Shown: positions 25,862-38,200, numbered from the whole stretch's first letter. The stretch is DNA of 63,898 bases, filler included, from Nemertoderma westbladi (GCA_032718475.1; 3 parts of 3 records of this genome joined end to end with filler, not necessarily neighbours in it), one strand, 5' to 3'. Numbers and translations are program-made. The notes: generated by a model not told the origin, from the sequence alone.

Positions 25862-26212
25862 AAATTATTTGTATTTAATTTTAAATTAATTATTTGCATT
25901 TAATTTTAAATTAATTATTTGTATTTAATTTTAAATTAATTATTTGTATTTAATTTTAAATTAATTATTTGTATTTAATTTTAAATTAATTATTTGTATT
26001 TAATTTTAAATTAATTATTTGTATTTAATTTTAAATTAATTATTTGTATTTAATTTTAAATTAATTATTTGTATTTAATTTTAAATTAATTATTTGTATT
26101 TAATTGTAAATTAATTATTTGTATTTAATTTTAAATTAATTATTTGTATTTAATTTTAAATTAATTATTTTATTTTATTTTAAATTAATTATTTATATTT
26201 AATTTTAAATTA
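25862..26212. repeat. 25-bp AT-rich minisatellite (GTATTTAATTTTAAATTAATTATTT), about 14 copies
   Basis: Direct tandem periodicity. Confidence 0.95.
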
Positions 26213-26522
26213 AAAAATTAGTGGATTTAAATAAAGTTTAATAAACATTTGGGTTATATGTACCGCCGCTGTATTAGTTTCGTAATATTATAATTTTTGG
26301 AAACAAACTACATACATACACAACATACATTTTTTTAAAAGCGCTCTAAACCTCGTATAATAATTTCACTCACTCATTACGTTCTCCACGTACACGAAAC
26401 CACTCGACTCGAATCAGTAAAGCGCTACTTTACACGTAGGTATGTAAACAGTTTTTACTCGAATTGATAATACACTGTTGCAAATATTAGCTCCCATGTT
26501 ATCTGTAACCAGACATCAGTAA

Positions 26523-26742
26523 CTAAAAGTTTGACTTCTTAATGAATACTGAGTGCTGCGACTTTAGGTGTTTAACCAGATGGGAAGTGTGGCCATTCAA
26601 CACTTTCTGACAGAGAAGACAACGCGCTGGCCCATCAGCTGTACCCCGAGGTGCATCCAACAGCGTGAAGTACATCCAGGCGCCACTTCGCGCGCGCGTA
26701 GGAACCACATGATGGCTGCCATTCCCAGCAATCGCGTCGTAA
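26523..26742 (-). CDS. BED zinc-finger cassette 2 (putative terminal exon)
   Basis: RSGAWMYFTL..ARCLLCQKVLNGHTSHLVKHLKSQH then stop; acceptor TTGTTTCCGTTTCTATAG ends at 26743; same phase as cassette 1. Confidence 0.75.
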
Positions 26743-27297
26743 CTATAGAAACGGAAACAATATGATGGATATCATCGGGGATTCGAACCAATTAGCACCA
26801 ATACTTAGTGGATATACCAGCAGCTGTACAACCGCCGCCATAGCGGTACTAGCATCGATCATATGCGCGAAGCCCTCACCAAATGGCCACACAAGCATCA
26901 CCCTGCAGACAAAACATCTTCGTTTCGATGGGCAATATAGCGTAGCCCCGTGAATCAGTAAAAATCAGGTAAATAGCAAATCATAAAAACCATATGTGGC
27001 TTCTCAAAGACACAAAGTCTGGAGAATGGCTAATTGTATGTCTAAGTGGCAGGATATCATTTCTACGAATTACCGGTGTTGAGTCTTAAACGCGAATATA
27101 TATACGTAAATATCCCTTACTGCATAATATAGTTTCATTTCGCAGCGCAATGCCCCAATAAAATATTGATTAACTCCCCAAATAACATCCAATCACAACC
27201 CCCATCAATCATTCGATACAGACTTCAATCCGCAATAATGAACACTATTCTTCGGGCGCGCGGCCTCTATTGTTATAGAATGCCGATATCTCATATC

Positions 27298-27495
27298 TTA
27301 CCTCCGACCATAGGCTATGTATTTATTGCACATCAGACAGACAACACGTTCGCTTTGGTCTGGCGACGTGAGCGTAAAATAATTCCATACCGAACTGACG
27401 GCCCTCGGTGGTACTAAATGTGGGGTTGCTGATTGGTACCCGGTAAAAATCGCATCCGCATTGCATGGTTACTACGAATCGGCGTCACAAGGCAT
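27298..27495 (-). pseudogene. BED zinc-finger cassette 3, degenerate or split
   Basis: DAIFTG..VPPRAVSSVWNYFTLTSPDQSERVVCLMCNKYIAYGRR then TAA (overlapping a GTAAGA donor-like site); acceptor CTTCCCAATTCCTCCCTGTAG ends at 27496, one base out of phase; not listed in the ORF track. Confidence 0.6.
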
Positions 27496-27809
27496 CTACA
27501 GGGAGGAATTGGGAAGCATGCAGCGCATCACTAAGGCCCGCATCGACATAAAAATTAATAAATATATACCGGTAGTAAATCGAGAAGTTATATTTCGTCA
27601 TGTGGCAATAAAAAGGCTCCATCTCAAATTTTAAGATTTCAAAAATTAAGTTATTCATATTCATTTCATATAAAATTCTGCATCAGATGATATAATTTTT
27701 GATAGTGGGTTGTTATTCAAATTATCCCAAATTCATGTTATTCATGTCAAATTCAAATTATGAAATGCAGAAAATTCAATAAAACTGTAAATTAGAATAT
27801 TAACGAATT

Positions 27810-29170
27810 CCAAGATAGCTCCTTATTAACGAATTCATTAAAAAGGCTCTATCTTAGAACTTATATATGGTATCCTAAGATAGCCCCTTTCTAATGAATT
27901 TATTAGAAGTATGATATCTCTCTCTATACAGTTTCTGAGATAGCTCATTTTTAATGAATTCTTTAGAAAGGCGCTATCTTAGTTATTCTTATATAGTTTT
28001 AGAGATAGCGCCTTTTTAATTAAATTCTTTAGAAAGGCGCTATCTTAGTTATTCTTATACAGTTTTAGAGATAGCGCCTTTTTAATGAAATTCTTTAGAA
28101 AGGCGCTATCTTAGTTATTCTTATACAGTTTTAGAGATAGCGCCTTTTTAATGAAATTCATTAGAAAGGCGCTATCTTAGTTATTCTTATACAGTTTTAG
28201 AGATAGCGCCTTTTTAATGAAATTCTTTAGAAAGGCGCTATATTAGTTATTCTTATACAGTTTTAGAGATAGCGCCTTTTTAATGAAATTCATTAGAAAG
28301 GCGCTATCTTAGTTATTCTTATACAGTTTTAGAGATTGCTCCTTTTTAATGAATTCACTAGAAAGGCGCTATCTTAGTTATTCTTATACAGTTTTAGAGA
28401 TAGCGCCTTTTTAATGAAATTTTTTAGAATGGCGCTATCTTAGTTATTCATATACCGTTTTAGAGATAGCTCCTTTTTAATGGAATTCTTTAGAAAGGCG
28501 CTATCTTAGTTATTCTTATACAGTTTTAGAGATAACGCCTTTTTAATGAAATTCTTTAGAAAGGCGCTATCTTAGTTATTCTTATACAGTTTTAGAGATA
28601 GCGCCTTTTTAATGAAATTCATTAGAAAGGCGCTATCTTAGTTATTCTTATACAGTTTTAGAGATAGCGCATTTTTAATGAAATTCTTTAGAAAGGCGCT
28701 ATCTTAGTCATTCTTATACAGTTTTAGAGATAGCGCCTTTTTAATGAAATTCATTAGAAAGGCGCTATCTTAGTCATTCTTATACAGTTTTAGAGATAGC
28801 GCATTTTTAATGAAATTCTTTAGAAAGGCGCTATCTTAGTTATTCTTATACAGTTTTAGAGATAGCTCCTTTTTAATGAAATTCTTTAGAAAGGCGCTAT
28901 CTTAGTTATTCTTATACAGTTTTAGAGATAGCGCCTTTTTAATGAAATTCTTTAGAAAGGCGCTATCTTAGTTATTCTTATACAGTTTTAGAGATAGCGC
29001 CTTTTTAATGAAATTCATTAGAAAGGCGCTATCTTAGTTATTCTTATACAGTTTTAGAGATAGCGCCTTTTTAATGAAATTCATTAGAAAGGCGCTACCT
29101 TAGTTATCCTTATACAGTTTTAGAGATAGCGCCTTTTTAATGAAATTCTTTAGAAAGGCGCTATCTTAGA
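27810..29170. repeat. 66-bp tandem satellite with internal inverted repeat, about 18 conserved copies plus degenerate left units
   Basis: Unit TAGAAAGGCGCTATCTTAGTTATTCTTATACAGTTTTAGAGATAGCGCCTTTTTAATGAAATTCTT. Confidence 0.95.
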
Positions 29171-29437
29171 AATTTGTTGACCAATTACATAAGTTCAATT
29201 TCCACAGTTTGTAAGGAAACTGAGATAGCGCCTTTTTTATTAGCGCCTATTTATTGCCACATTGACGATATGTCGGTTAATTTATATGTCGGTTTGTTAG
29301 ATTGTGTGTCAATTTATTCTACAGCTAGGCGAGAGTTAATAGTGCAATGCCAGAAAAATATTACATTTATATATTATATTATACCATGCAACAATGCATT
29401 GGGGCAGTGGGTACCTCGCAAACTTTCAAACTATAAA

Positions 29438-29537
29438 NNNNNNNNNNNNNNNNNNNNNNNNNNNNNNNNNNNNNNNNNNNNTTAATTAATTAANNNNNNN
29501 NNNNNNNNNNNNNNNNNNNNNNNNNNNNNNNNNNNNN
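29438..29537. other. Artificial contig spacer N44-TTAATTAATTAA-N44
   Basis: Exactly 100 bp with stop codons in all six frames; identical spacer at 56243-56342. Confidence 0.97.
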
Positions 29538-31106
29538 AGATCCATCTTCTACTTCTAGCCTGGAGTAGAAGCAGTTCCGCTGCAAATAGTGCCCCTCAAA
29601 AAGAGGATCCATTACTGTATCTGGGACGCGGTGTTGACTTGTTGACGAGATGCTATTATTAGGTGCAATGAGATACCCATTGCGTATCTTATTCAGTCAA
29701 TCAATTCTCCACGACCTACATGGTATTCGATAAAGGTGATTCAATATGGTGAATTAAAATAATCAATCTATGTTTTAGAACATTAGTATTAAAGTATATA
29801 TTTTACCAACACAAGTCTATTAATATAAATTTAAAACAGTATGGAAAAATATGTTTCTTTACAATAATAGTCAATTTGGCGTATCCTACATCAAAGTATC
29901 TAGTATAATTAGGAGCCCGCTCGACAGGCGGGATACTTACTGTAAAAATTTGTGGGATACTTACTGTAATAATCTCAGGATATATAACATTGACTGACTG
30001 ACTGATAATTATCCAGGTTCAGGCACTTCCTGCATGGCGACTTTGTTGAAATTTTACAAGTAAATTGCTTTGGTGGTTCATAATCGCGTTACAAAATATC
30101 AGATCGATTCTATGTGTGGTATTCGATATATTTCGTTTTTTTGAAATTATTTTGTCGCGAAATTAAAAGCAATGGTAAAGTAACAACTCCTCCCTGAGCT
30201 GCTGCAGCAGCTAGCTGTGTAGAAATGGTTGAGTGCAGGGCTGCCTGATATAGAATTCCATCAAGGCAGAATTTCTTGACTACACCCCTTCTGCTGCTGG
30301 ATGAGTCTACACATCCTTTATCAGCTCTCAGGGATAGGCAGAAAATAGTTGAGTTGTCAATAAACAAAATAAAATATACCACTGCAGTAGGATTATATTA
30401 TTATTCCACGAATCATTGGGCTGATTATTTTGTATAGGATATATGTAGAATGTTCTTAAGAATAATATTCTTATTTTTTTATTACATAGGATTAGCATCA
30501 TTTTTTAGCTGAAGCATTAATAGTGTAAATTAATTTAATTATATTTTAATACCATTACTACATTGGCATACTGTAAGATAAGTTTTAACATTTCTTACAA
30601 ATAGGGTTGCGAGCATAAAACGCAAATCACGCAAATTTAAAAGAACCGGGTGTGTTGTCATAGCAAAGTTTCATTTTTTATTATGTGGGACGAGCCGCAA
30701 AGTCAGCTAGCCTCACGCCTTACAGTTTATACAATTGTTTAGTTTACTTACTGCTGACTGACAAGGTTTATTTGTAATAGTCTTGGCTATGATTCTTCCC
30801 CCGGGCTCCTTCCAGCCAGCTTGCTGGCTTTCTAGTTAAAACTAGTTAACTTGTGTCAGGAAACGACGTCTATATAGTGTTACTAATGTTTATTTAGCCT
30901 TCAAGGAATTTATATCCGTATAAACTGGCAGTTTGTCTGATTAATATTGTTATCTATCTATCTTGGAATTAATTAGCCTCGCACAGAAACATTACATTGA
31001 ATTGTAGCCACAAAAACTAGATATTGTTACAGATCTGGATTCCTTACAATGTTAGCTTTCCAGTTATACCAACAAACCACCACAAGAATAAAGAATATCA
31101 GCAGTG

Positions 31107-31361
31107 CGGCGGGTGAGTACAAAACAAAGACCCAAATAATAAAGACCTGTGTACAAAACTCATGGGTTAACTTTCGTTTATTGTTTTGGTTCCCCCAACA
31201 CGCCTCTGTAACCTGCACCTTTAGCTTAGGACCCATTGTCATTTAAAGGAGCAGGTTACAGAGGCGTGTTGGGGGAACCAAAATAATAAACACAAGTTAA
31301 CACACATGTTACAAGATTATGCAGGTCGTCATAATTGGGTCTTTGTTTTGTACTCACCCGC
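31107..31361. repeat. Imperfect inverted repeat of two DNA-transposon end fragments (Kolobok-like TAAAGGAGCAGGTTACA)
   Basis: GCGGGTGAGTACAAAACAAAGACCCAA..CTCTGTAACCTGCACCTTTA pairs with TAAAGGAGCAGGTTACAGAG..TTGGGTCTTTGTTTTGTACTCACCCGC. Confidence 0.75.
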
Positions 31362-31562
31362 AGTGCGACTGCAGCAGCTGAGCAACATATCACCAAGAGA
31401 CACCTTTCTCAAACACTTGTAGCTACATATTGAATACTAAAACAATTCTAATTGACCCCTTAAGAAGTCGGGAGGACAAACAATAATATATATTTCAAAT
31501 GCGATCTCAATAGTTAAGCACATGGGTCCTATAAAGTTAAAAATACGAAAGAAGTAACTCTA

Positions 31563-32354
31563 CTAGCAGTCCATCGCCTTGTCCACTTTGTGTATGAAAC
31601 TGAGTAGGGAAGTTTTATTCTGGCAGGTTGAGTTGGGGAGCGGCGGTACATCAGTGACTGAGTCACCGGAGCTTTCCTCGCTGTCACTGGAATCGGAAGC
31701 GAAGTTCAGTAGGGAGGGAAAGATAGAAAGAGTTGGTTGGGAGTTGGGGTGTGAGGTTGTAACTGCGGTCCCGGCTGTTAGTGTGGTATCAGTTTCGGAT
31801 GTAGCCTCAGAACCGGGACCAACCTTCCCTTGACTACCGGCAGTAAGAACCGCCACTTTACTTGGTTGTTTTTCCATATCAACTCCAGTACATTTACGTT
31901 TTATCGCCCCTTTCAGAAGAGCTGACTGCGATTTGACCTGTTTAATTGGTGATCGATTGAGTTTAACTTCACGAACATTATCCTTTACTGTCACTAGTTC
32001 TTCCACTGAGTTCCTATATTCATCTAATAACTGCTTCTCCTCACGTATTTTGGATATCTCGGTGGCTCTTTGTACTGCGTCGACCGTGTCCAGGAATTTC
32101 GCTTCCTCGTCGTCTAAACCCCGGATTTGGTTTTTGAATTTATGTTGCTCCTCGAAATCCTCCTGTTTGCGGTCCCGTTGGTCTTTTAGTTTCTGCCACA
32201 ATGGCCGGTTGTCGTCCGGATCGTCCTGTTCTTCCGGGGCTTCTTCCGGGTCCTCCGGTTTCCGAACCCGATCCCATTCTTCCTGTCGACGTATTCGTGC
32301 TTCCTGAACATCTGTTTCTTTGACGAATTTATATGTTAATTCATGGTTGGCCAT
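31563..32354 (-). CDS. PSME3IP1: PSME3-interacting protein (FAM192A/NIP30/PIP30), single-exon CDS
   Basis: KFVKE..RRQEEWDRVRKPEDPEEAPEE..RPLWQKLKDQRDRKQEDFEEQHKFKNQIRGLDDEEAKFL N-terminal domain and acidic SDSSDSEESS tail. Confidence 0.92.
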   Translation of the reverse strand: MANHELTYKFVKETDVQEARIRRQEEWDRVRKPEDPEEAPEEQDDPDDNRPLWQKLKDQRDRKQEDFEEQHKFKNQIRGLDDEEAKFLDTVDAVQRATEISKIREEKQLLDEYRNSVEELVTVKDNVREVKLNRSPIKQVKSQSALLKGAIKRKCTGVDMEKQPSKVAVLTAGSQGKVGPGSEATSETDTTLTAGTAVTTSHPNSQPTLSIFPSLLNFASDSSDSEESSGDSVTDVPPLPNSTCQNKTSLLSFIHKVDKAMDC

Positions 32355-32521
32355 TACCAGATTACGCAGCGATTAGTAGACCTACACAGCTACACGGCTA
32401 GGCCTACACTATTTTGCAATTGTGTAATTGGTACCGGTAGTTATGTACCGGCAAGGCTGCAGCAAGGCAGAAAGGGGAGTTCAGTAAGGTAAGGCCTAGC
32501 AGCCTAGTTATATCGTAGCGT

Positions 32522-35016
32522 CAAGGACTGCTATACTACAGGACTGGCACACTGAATATCCAGACCCCGCTAGCGGGGTCCATTAGTTGCAGAATTCCAG
32601 TACTGCTGTCTGGCTGTACAACTGTGTAATCAACCCAATTACTTACCGGTATGTACTTTATTAAATCAGTGGATTTATATTTATGTATTATTATTTAGTA
32701 ATGTTTAAAAAGGTTTAACATAACTACAGGCTGACAGGCTGCAGCTTAGTACCGGTAGCTACAGTAGTTTTAACACACATCACAGTAATATCAGATTATT
32801 CGGGTTATAAACTGGAATGGGGAAACACTGTTGTGTGTATGGATGCGATGACAACTACGAGGGAAGAACTGTACGAACTTTCAAGCTCCCATTCGGCGTG
32901 GAACGTCAGCAATGGATTGCTACTCTTCCAAAGCGGTCTGCTCCTGATGGATCGCCCATAAAGTATAGCGCCGATGCTGTTATTTGTATCCGACATTGGC
33001 CAGGATTCCCGCAGGATATCCCTCATCGGAAGGTTCCCGGAGGAGCGTTGCGGCCGACTATCCTGCCATTCTTCTTTCCTGGGGTTCCAGCATCCTGTGT
33101 TCCTCCGCCACCAGGGAAGTTACGAGCGGAGCCACCGATCGAAGAGCGACAGGTTCAATCGCTAAACCGCCGGGTTCGATATCTTCCGTGGCGATGTCGA
33201 AACGTGGATTCGCAACGATGTTCATGTTGAATCCGTCGATATATTTGTTAAGATAACTGCTGATTTCATTATGCTGTATGTTTTTGTCAGCGATTCCTAC
33301 GCTGGCAAAATATGTATTGAAACGAGGCAGCTTCTCTGCAGTGATATCTATGTTACTGCGTTTAATCCTACTAACAAACGTATATCGCTTAACTATTGCC
33401 TCGCTCCTAATGCGCAGCTCATTCGCTGGTCCCAGCTGTTGGAAGTTATTGTCACAGTTAAACGAAGCGTGGTAGGAACGACCGAGAACTTGCTGCTGAA
33501 AGCCCGAGAGTTGATTGATGACGCTATCGCCTCCAGTTCTGATTATAAATACAAAACCCAGCTGGAGTTTATATCCCATCAGTTGCAGCTGCATTGTAGC
33601 GGTTCAAAGTGTTACTCACAGTCGGATTATCTACTGGCTGTTCAGGGCTACCCGCGTCTGCCATATAGTATACTGCGGCAGATTGCTATTCTTCCATGCG
33701 AAAAGAAGATAAGATCGCTAAAACAGGGAGTCACCAGTGATTTGCTCATAGAAATGGCCATTCGTAAAGCAAAGAACAGCTTACCAGCTGGTACGCCTGC
33801 TGCCGAATCCCCAAAGGCGATTCTTATAACAGACGAAGTAAAGGTGGTTCCCAAACTATTGTATCAAGGACATGGAGTGTTTGGCTATGCTAAGGATGAC
33901 CCATCGGAGTTGGCCAACTCAGTCCTCTGCTTGATGGTTAAGATTTTATACGGGGGACCTTCAGTGATGGTGCAGATGATTCCAGTTCATTCCATGACAG
34001 CCCTATTTGCCCATACGTGTATCAAGGAAGCAATTACCTCTTTCCACAAACATGGCGGCTATCTAGGGGTGGATTACAGCTGCCATCACATGAGTTGGTT
34101 TGGTGGGTAATGGTGTCAGCGACATGGGTAGATTCGGTACCTGATGGAACCATACTATGCTACCGTCAATTAGCGCAGGTGGTCAAAACCATCGCTGTAC
34201 AGTACGATATAATACCAGCACCCCCCGCAGTTGCATGTACCACCCTTGCGAACACACTGTTAAACGGAATGCAGAAACGCTCCAGCATGATGTGCTCTGA
34301 AAAGCGATCTTCCGAAGGTCACGGAACCAACAGGAAATTTCTCCGCATTGCCGGTCTGGATAAAGGACATTAATCTTCTGTAGTGAAGATTGACTATTCG
34401 ACTATCTATTAATTTAATTGTAATTAATTTTGATAATTCAATATGCCTTCAGACATATGTCACATACTGTAATACAACTCAACCCAAATGCCCCTTTTAA
34501 GGGCCAATTGCTGTTGTTATTTTGAATCGAGTGTGTCTACCTACACTGCCGGCAATTTATACATATGAAAACCATTGCAGATTGAAATAGCAGCTGCTGG
34601 AAATAAATAAATTTTCTAATCGTTATTTAATATTCATTTTGCGTGTTAAAATTTATAATCTTAAATTGCAGATCACAAGAATGTCAACATTATGAAATCT
34701 GTACAGTAAAGCTTCAACCACTACGTGGCTCGCCCCACTAAGATGTTTAATTAATGTATTAGGCTGGGCTGGTGGCGAGAGTAGTGGGCGGTGCCGGTGG
34801 TGTCTGAATTTATTATGCATAGTACACGAGCACGATTACTACCATACAGTATTATTGTATATGGACTATCACTGGCTTAGCAATAATTATATCAGCCTCA
34901 AACGTTAAAGCAGGCAGCGAGGCAGGTTTGTTTGGCCATATTAGAAGGGAACTAATGGACCCCGCTAGCGGGGTCTGGATATTCAGTGTGCCAGTCCTGT
35001 AGTATAGCAGTCCTTG
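32522..35016 (+). mobile_element. P-element superfamily DNA transposon, internally deleted
   Basis: 67-bp perfect TIRs (32522-32588, 34950-35016) starting CAAGG; 8-bp TSD CGTAGCGT (32514-32521, 35017-35024); THAP and transposase coding. Confidence 0.93.
32817..34373 (+). pseudogene. THAP-domain P-type transposase, frameshifted and internally deleted
   Basis: THAP CCVYGC..FKLP..RQQW..ICIRHW..P; frameshift near 33165-33230 into ORF 33271 with LITDEV..LANSVLCLMV; rest of the catalytic core is absent; C-terminal piece ends at 34373. Confidence 0.85.
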
Positions 35017-35249
35017 CGTAGCGTATATCAGTATATAGCAGTGGACAGTGGTAGGCCTACAGACAGACAGAGCTGCCGAGGCAGAGTGAGTGTGGTCGTG
35101 GTAGGCCTAGGCCTACCTGGTGTAGTCCTGTCTGCCTGTAGTCAACACACGGCAGCACGGCTGCACGGATATTGCTTATCAATACACAATAGCTCACTTT
35201 GCCCCATGAGTGGGGTAAATTGAGCTACTTGTGTGCTCTAAACAAAAGG

Positions 35250-38200
35250 CAGTAGGGAACATACCCTTAAATAAGCTCCAAAAGTGGGTTCTTATTTAAG
35301 GAAAATGGCTCTTATTTAGGGGTTTTTGGGCCTTTTTTGGATAATTTTTCGATATAATATGCAATAACTTGTTTCAGGAAAAAATACCGCATAATTTTAT
35401 TTCACAATGTAAAAGTTGGGTCTTTCTTGAACATAAAGCAAAAAACCAGAAAACATTTCACCGTCCGGTTTTTTTTCTACAAGCGTTTTAAAATTGCATC
35501 AAAAATACGACTAGTTCCTAAATAAGGGGGATTTTTTAAATTTACCTTATTTAAGATATCGAAATTGTACACATAAATACTAAAAGTCCCTAAATAAGAA
35601 CTTTTTGACCTGGGTTTCTTATTTAGGAATACAATTGTATTCCAAAATCTACACATTCCTTAAATAAAATAAATATTCCTTATTCCTTACAGTATGTGTT
35701 ACACTTCTTTCATAATTCTTTGATTTATGTCAGTCTGTATATTGCTAATGGTAATTGTTGGGTTAAGGATAAGGACAATGGTTGCACTGCACTCTATAAA
35801 TCCTCTATAGAATATCGTATCATAATGAAGTTGCTAGCACTGGCATTCTCACCTCACACAGTAGCATAGAATAGCCCATTGATATTCAAAGGAATAGCCC
35901 ATCGCCCATCTGAGCGCACATACATTGTCACGTATTTCGATGAAACATGACTCAAGTAACTGGACATCGCCGCACAGTTTCGAAAAACTAACTTGTGTCC
36001 TGCATTTCCTCTTCTGCCCCGCGTTACACCCCACTGGATTATCCACAATGTTGTACTTGAAAGGTGTGAAAAAAGTGAAAAACCAGATGTCAATGTCATG
36101 TCAATAGACATAAAGATGGTTCGGTTGGGCATGGGCAGCTGATAGACGTTATGAAGGTTAAAGATGATGACTGGATGACGTTTTGGTTCAACTGGCTCAG
36201 GCATGAGTGGGACACGTTCGTGGGACCTTTGCGCAGCATGAAGTGAGCAAAGCCTTAGCTAGCCCAGGCTGATAGGGGCCCCACCCCATTAACATGATGT
36301 CTTTCGTTAGTCAGAGGTCATTCAACACAATACTCGTCTCCTTAATTTGCCTCATTGCGTTCGTTTGTTTTTTTTACCAAACTTCAGATTATTTCTAATC
36401 TTTTGACAGACTACATACATACTAAGTTTCGTTTAATTTCATCAAGGAATGACCGAGTTATTAGCGATAAAAAATTTACAACGACGACAGACAACTCGTT
36501 AATAGCACCCATATGCTAAAGGCTTCGCTCACTTGAACGTGGCTCTCCCCCACATTCAATCCGGTTCGACGCAGTTTGTTGCTTGTTGTTGCTCATTCAG
36601 TCATTGCTGCTCGTTGTGCTTTATTATTTCTCATTGTTGGTCATTGTTGCTCGTTGTTGGTCATTGTTGCTTGTTGGTGCTCATTGTTGCTCGTTAGTTG
36701 TACTTTATTATTGCTCGTTGTACTCTATTATTGCTCGTTGTTGCTCATTATTGCTTCCTTGTTACTCATTGAAGCTCGTTGTTGTACTTTATTATTGCTC
36801 GTTCAATCGTTGTTCCTCATTGTTGCTCGTTGTTTCTCGTTGTTGTACTTTATTATTGCTCATTGTTGGTCAATATTACTCGTTGTTGCTCGTTCAGTCG
36901 TTGTTGCTCATTGTTGCTCGTTGTTGTACTTTATTATTGCTCATTGTTGCTCAATATATCTCGTTGTTGCTCAATATAACTCGTTGTTGCTCGTTCAGTC
37001 GTTGTTGCTCATTATTGCTTGTTGTTGCTCGTTGTTGTTCTTTATTATTGCTCATTGTTGCTCGGTGTTTCTCATTGTTGCTCAATGTTACTCGTTGTTA
37101 TACTTTATTATTGCTCAATGTTACTCGTTGTTTTGTTACTCATTGTCATTGTTGCTCATTGTTACTCGTTGTTCCTCATGTCCTAATTATTGGTCGTTGT
37201 TTCTCGTTGTTGTACTTTATTATTGCTCATTGTTGCTCGTTGTTTCTCAATGTTGCTCGTTGTTGTACTTTATTATTGCTCGTTCAGTCGTTGTTCCTCA
37301 TTGTTGCTCGCTGTTTCTCGTTGTTGTCATTGTTGCTCAGTGTTGCTCGTTGTTGCTCATTATTACTCATTGTTACTCGTTGTTGCTCGTTGTTGTACTT
37401 TATTATTGCTCGTTCAGTCGTTGTTCCTCATTGTTGCTCGCTGTTGCTCATTGTTGCTCGTTGTTGTACTTTATTATTGCTCATTGTTGCTCAATATATC
37501 TCGCTGTTGCTCAATATAACTCGTTGTTGCTCGTTCAGTCGTTGTTGCTCATTATTGCTTGTTGTTTCTCGTTGTTGCTCATTGTTGCTCGTTGTTGATC
37601 TTTATTATTGCTCATTGTTGCTCAGTGTTTCTCATTGTTGCTCGTTGTTGCTCAATGTTACTCGTTGATATACTTTATTATTGCTCAATGTTACTCGTTG
37701 TTTTGTTACTCATTGTCATTGTTGCTCATTGTTACTCGTTGTTCCTCATGTCCTAATTATTGGTCGTTGTTTCTCGTTGTTGTACTTTATTATTGCTCAT
37801 TGTTGCTCGTTGTTTCTCAATGTTGCTCGTTGTTGTACTTTATTATTGCTCGTTCAGTCGTTGTTCCTCATTGTTGCTCGCTGTTTCTCGCTGTTGCTCA
37901 TTGTTGCTCAGTGTTGCTCGTTGTTGCTCATTATTACTCATTGTTACTCGATGTTGCTCGTTGTTGTACTTTATTATTGCTCGTTCAGTCGTTGTTCCTC
38001 ATTGTTGCTCGCTGTTGCTCATTGTTGCTCGTTGTTGTCCTTTATTATTGCTCATTGTCAGATTGTTGCTTGGTGTTTCTCAATGTTACTCGTTGTTGCT
38101 CATTGTTGCTCGTTCAATCGTTTTTCCTCATTATTGCTCATTGTTGTTCGTTGTTTCTCGCTGTTGCTCATTGTTGCTCGTTGTTGTACTTTATTATTGC

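Noticed and set aside
26790-26975. Possible fourth BED cassette (minus strand, KRRCFVCRVMLVW..AHM)
   Set aside because: Has CxxC but lacks the in-frame W-x-Y/F motif, the paired His residues and a clear in-phase acceptor; too weak to call
27810-29170. CRISPR-like array of palindromic repeats
   Set aside because: The intervening sequences are the same from unit to unit (no unique spacers), there are no cas genes, and the context is eukaryotic
30240-30370. hAT transposase fragment (YRIPSRQ..LLLDEST)
   Set aside because: Two short motifs with wrong spacing and no supporting context
35849-36340. piggyBac C-terminal cysteine-rich domain remnant
   Set aside because: Only a vague RKCRTQ..LC..SCF resemblance with missing cysteines; needs an HMM search
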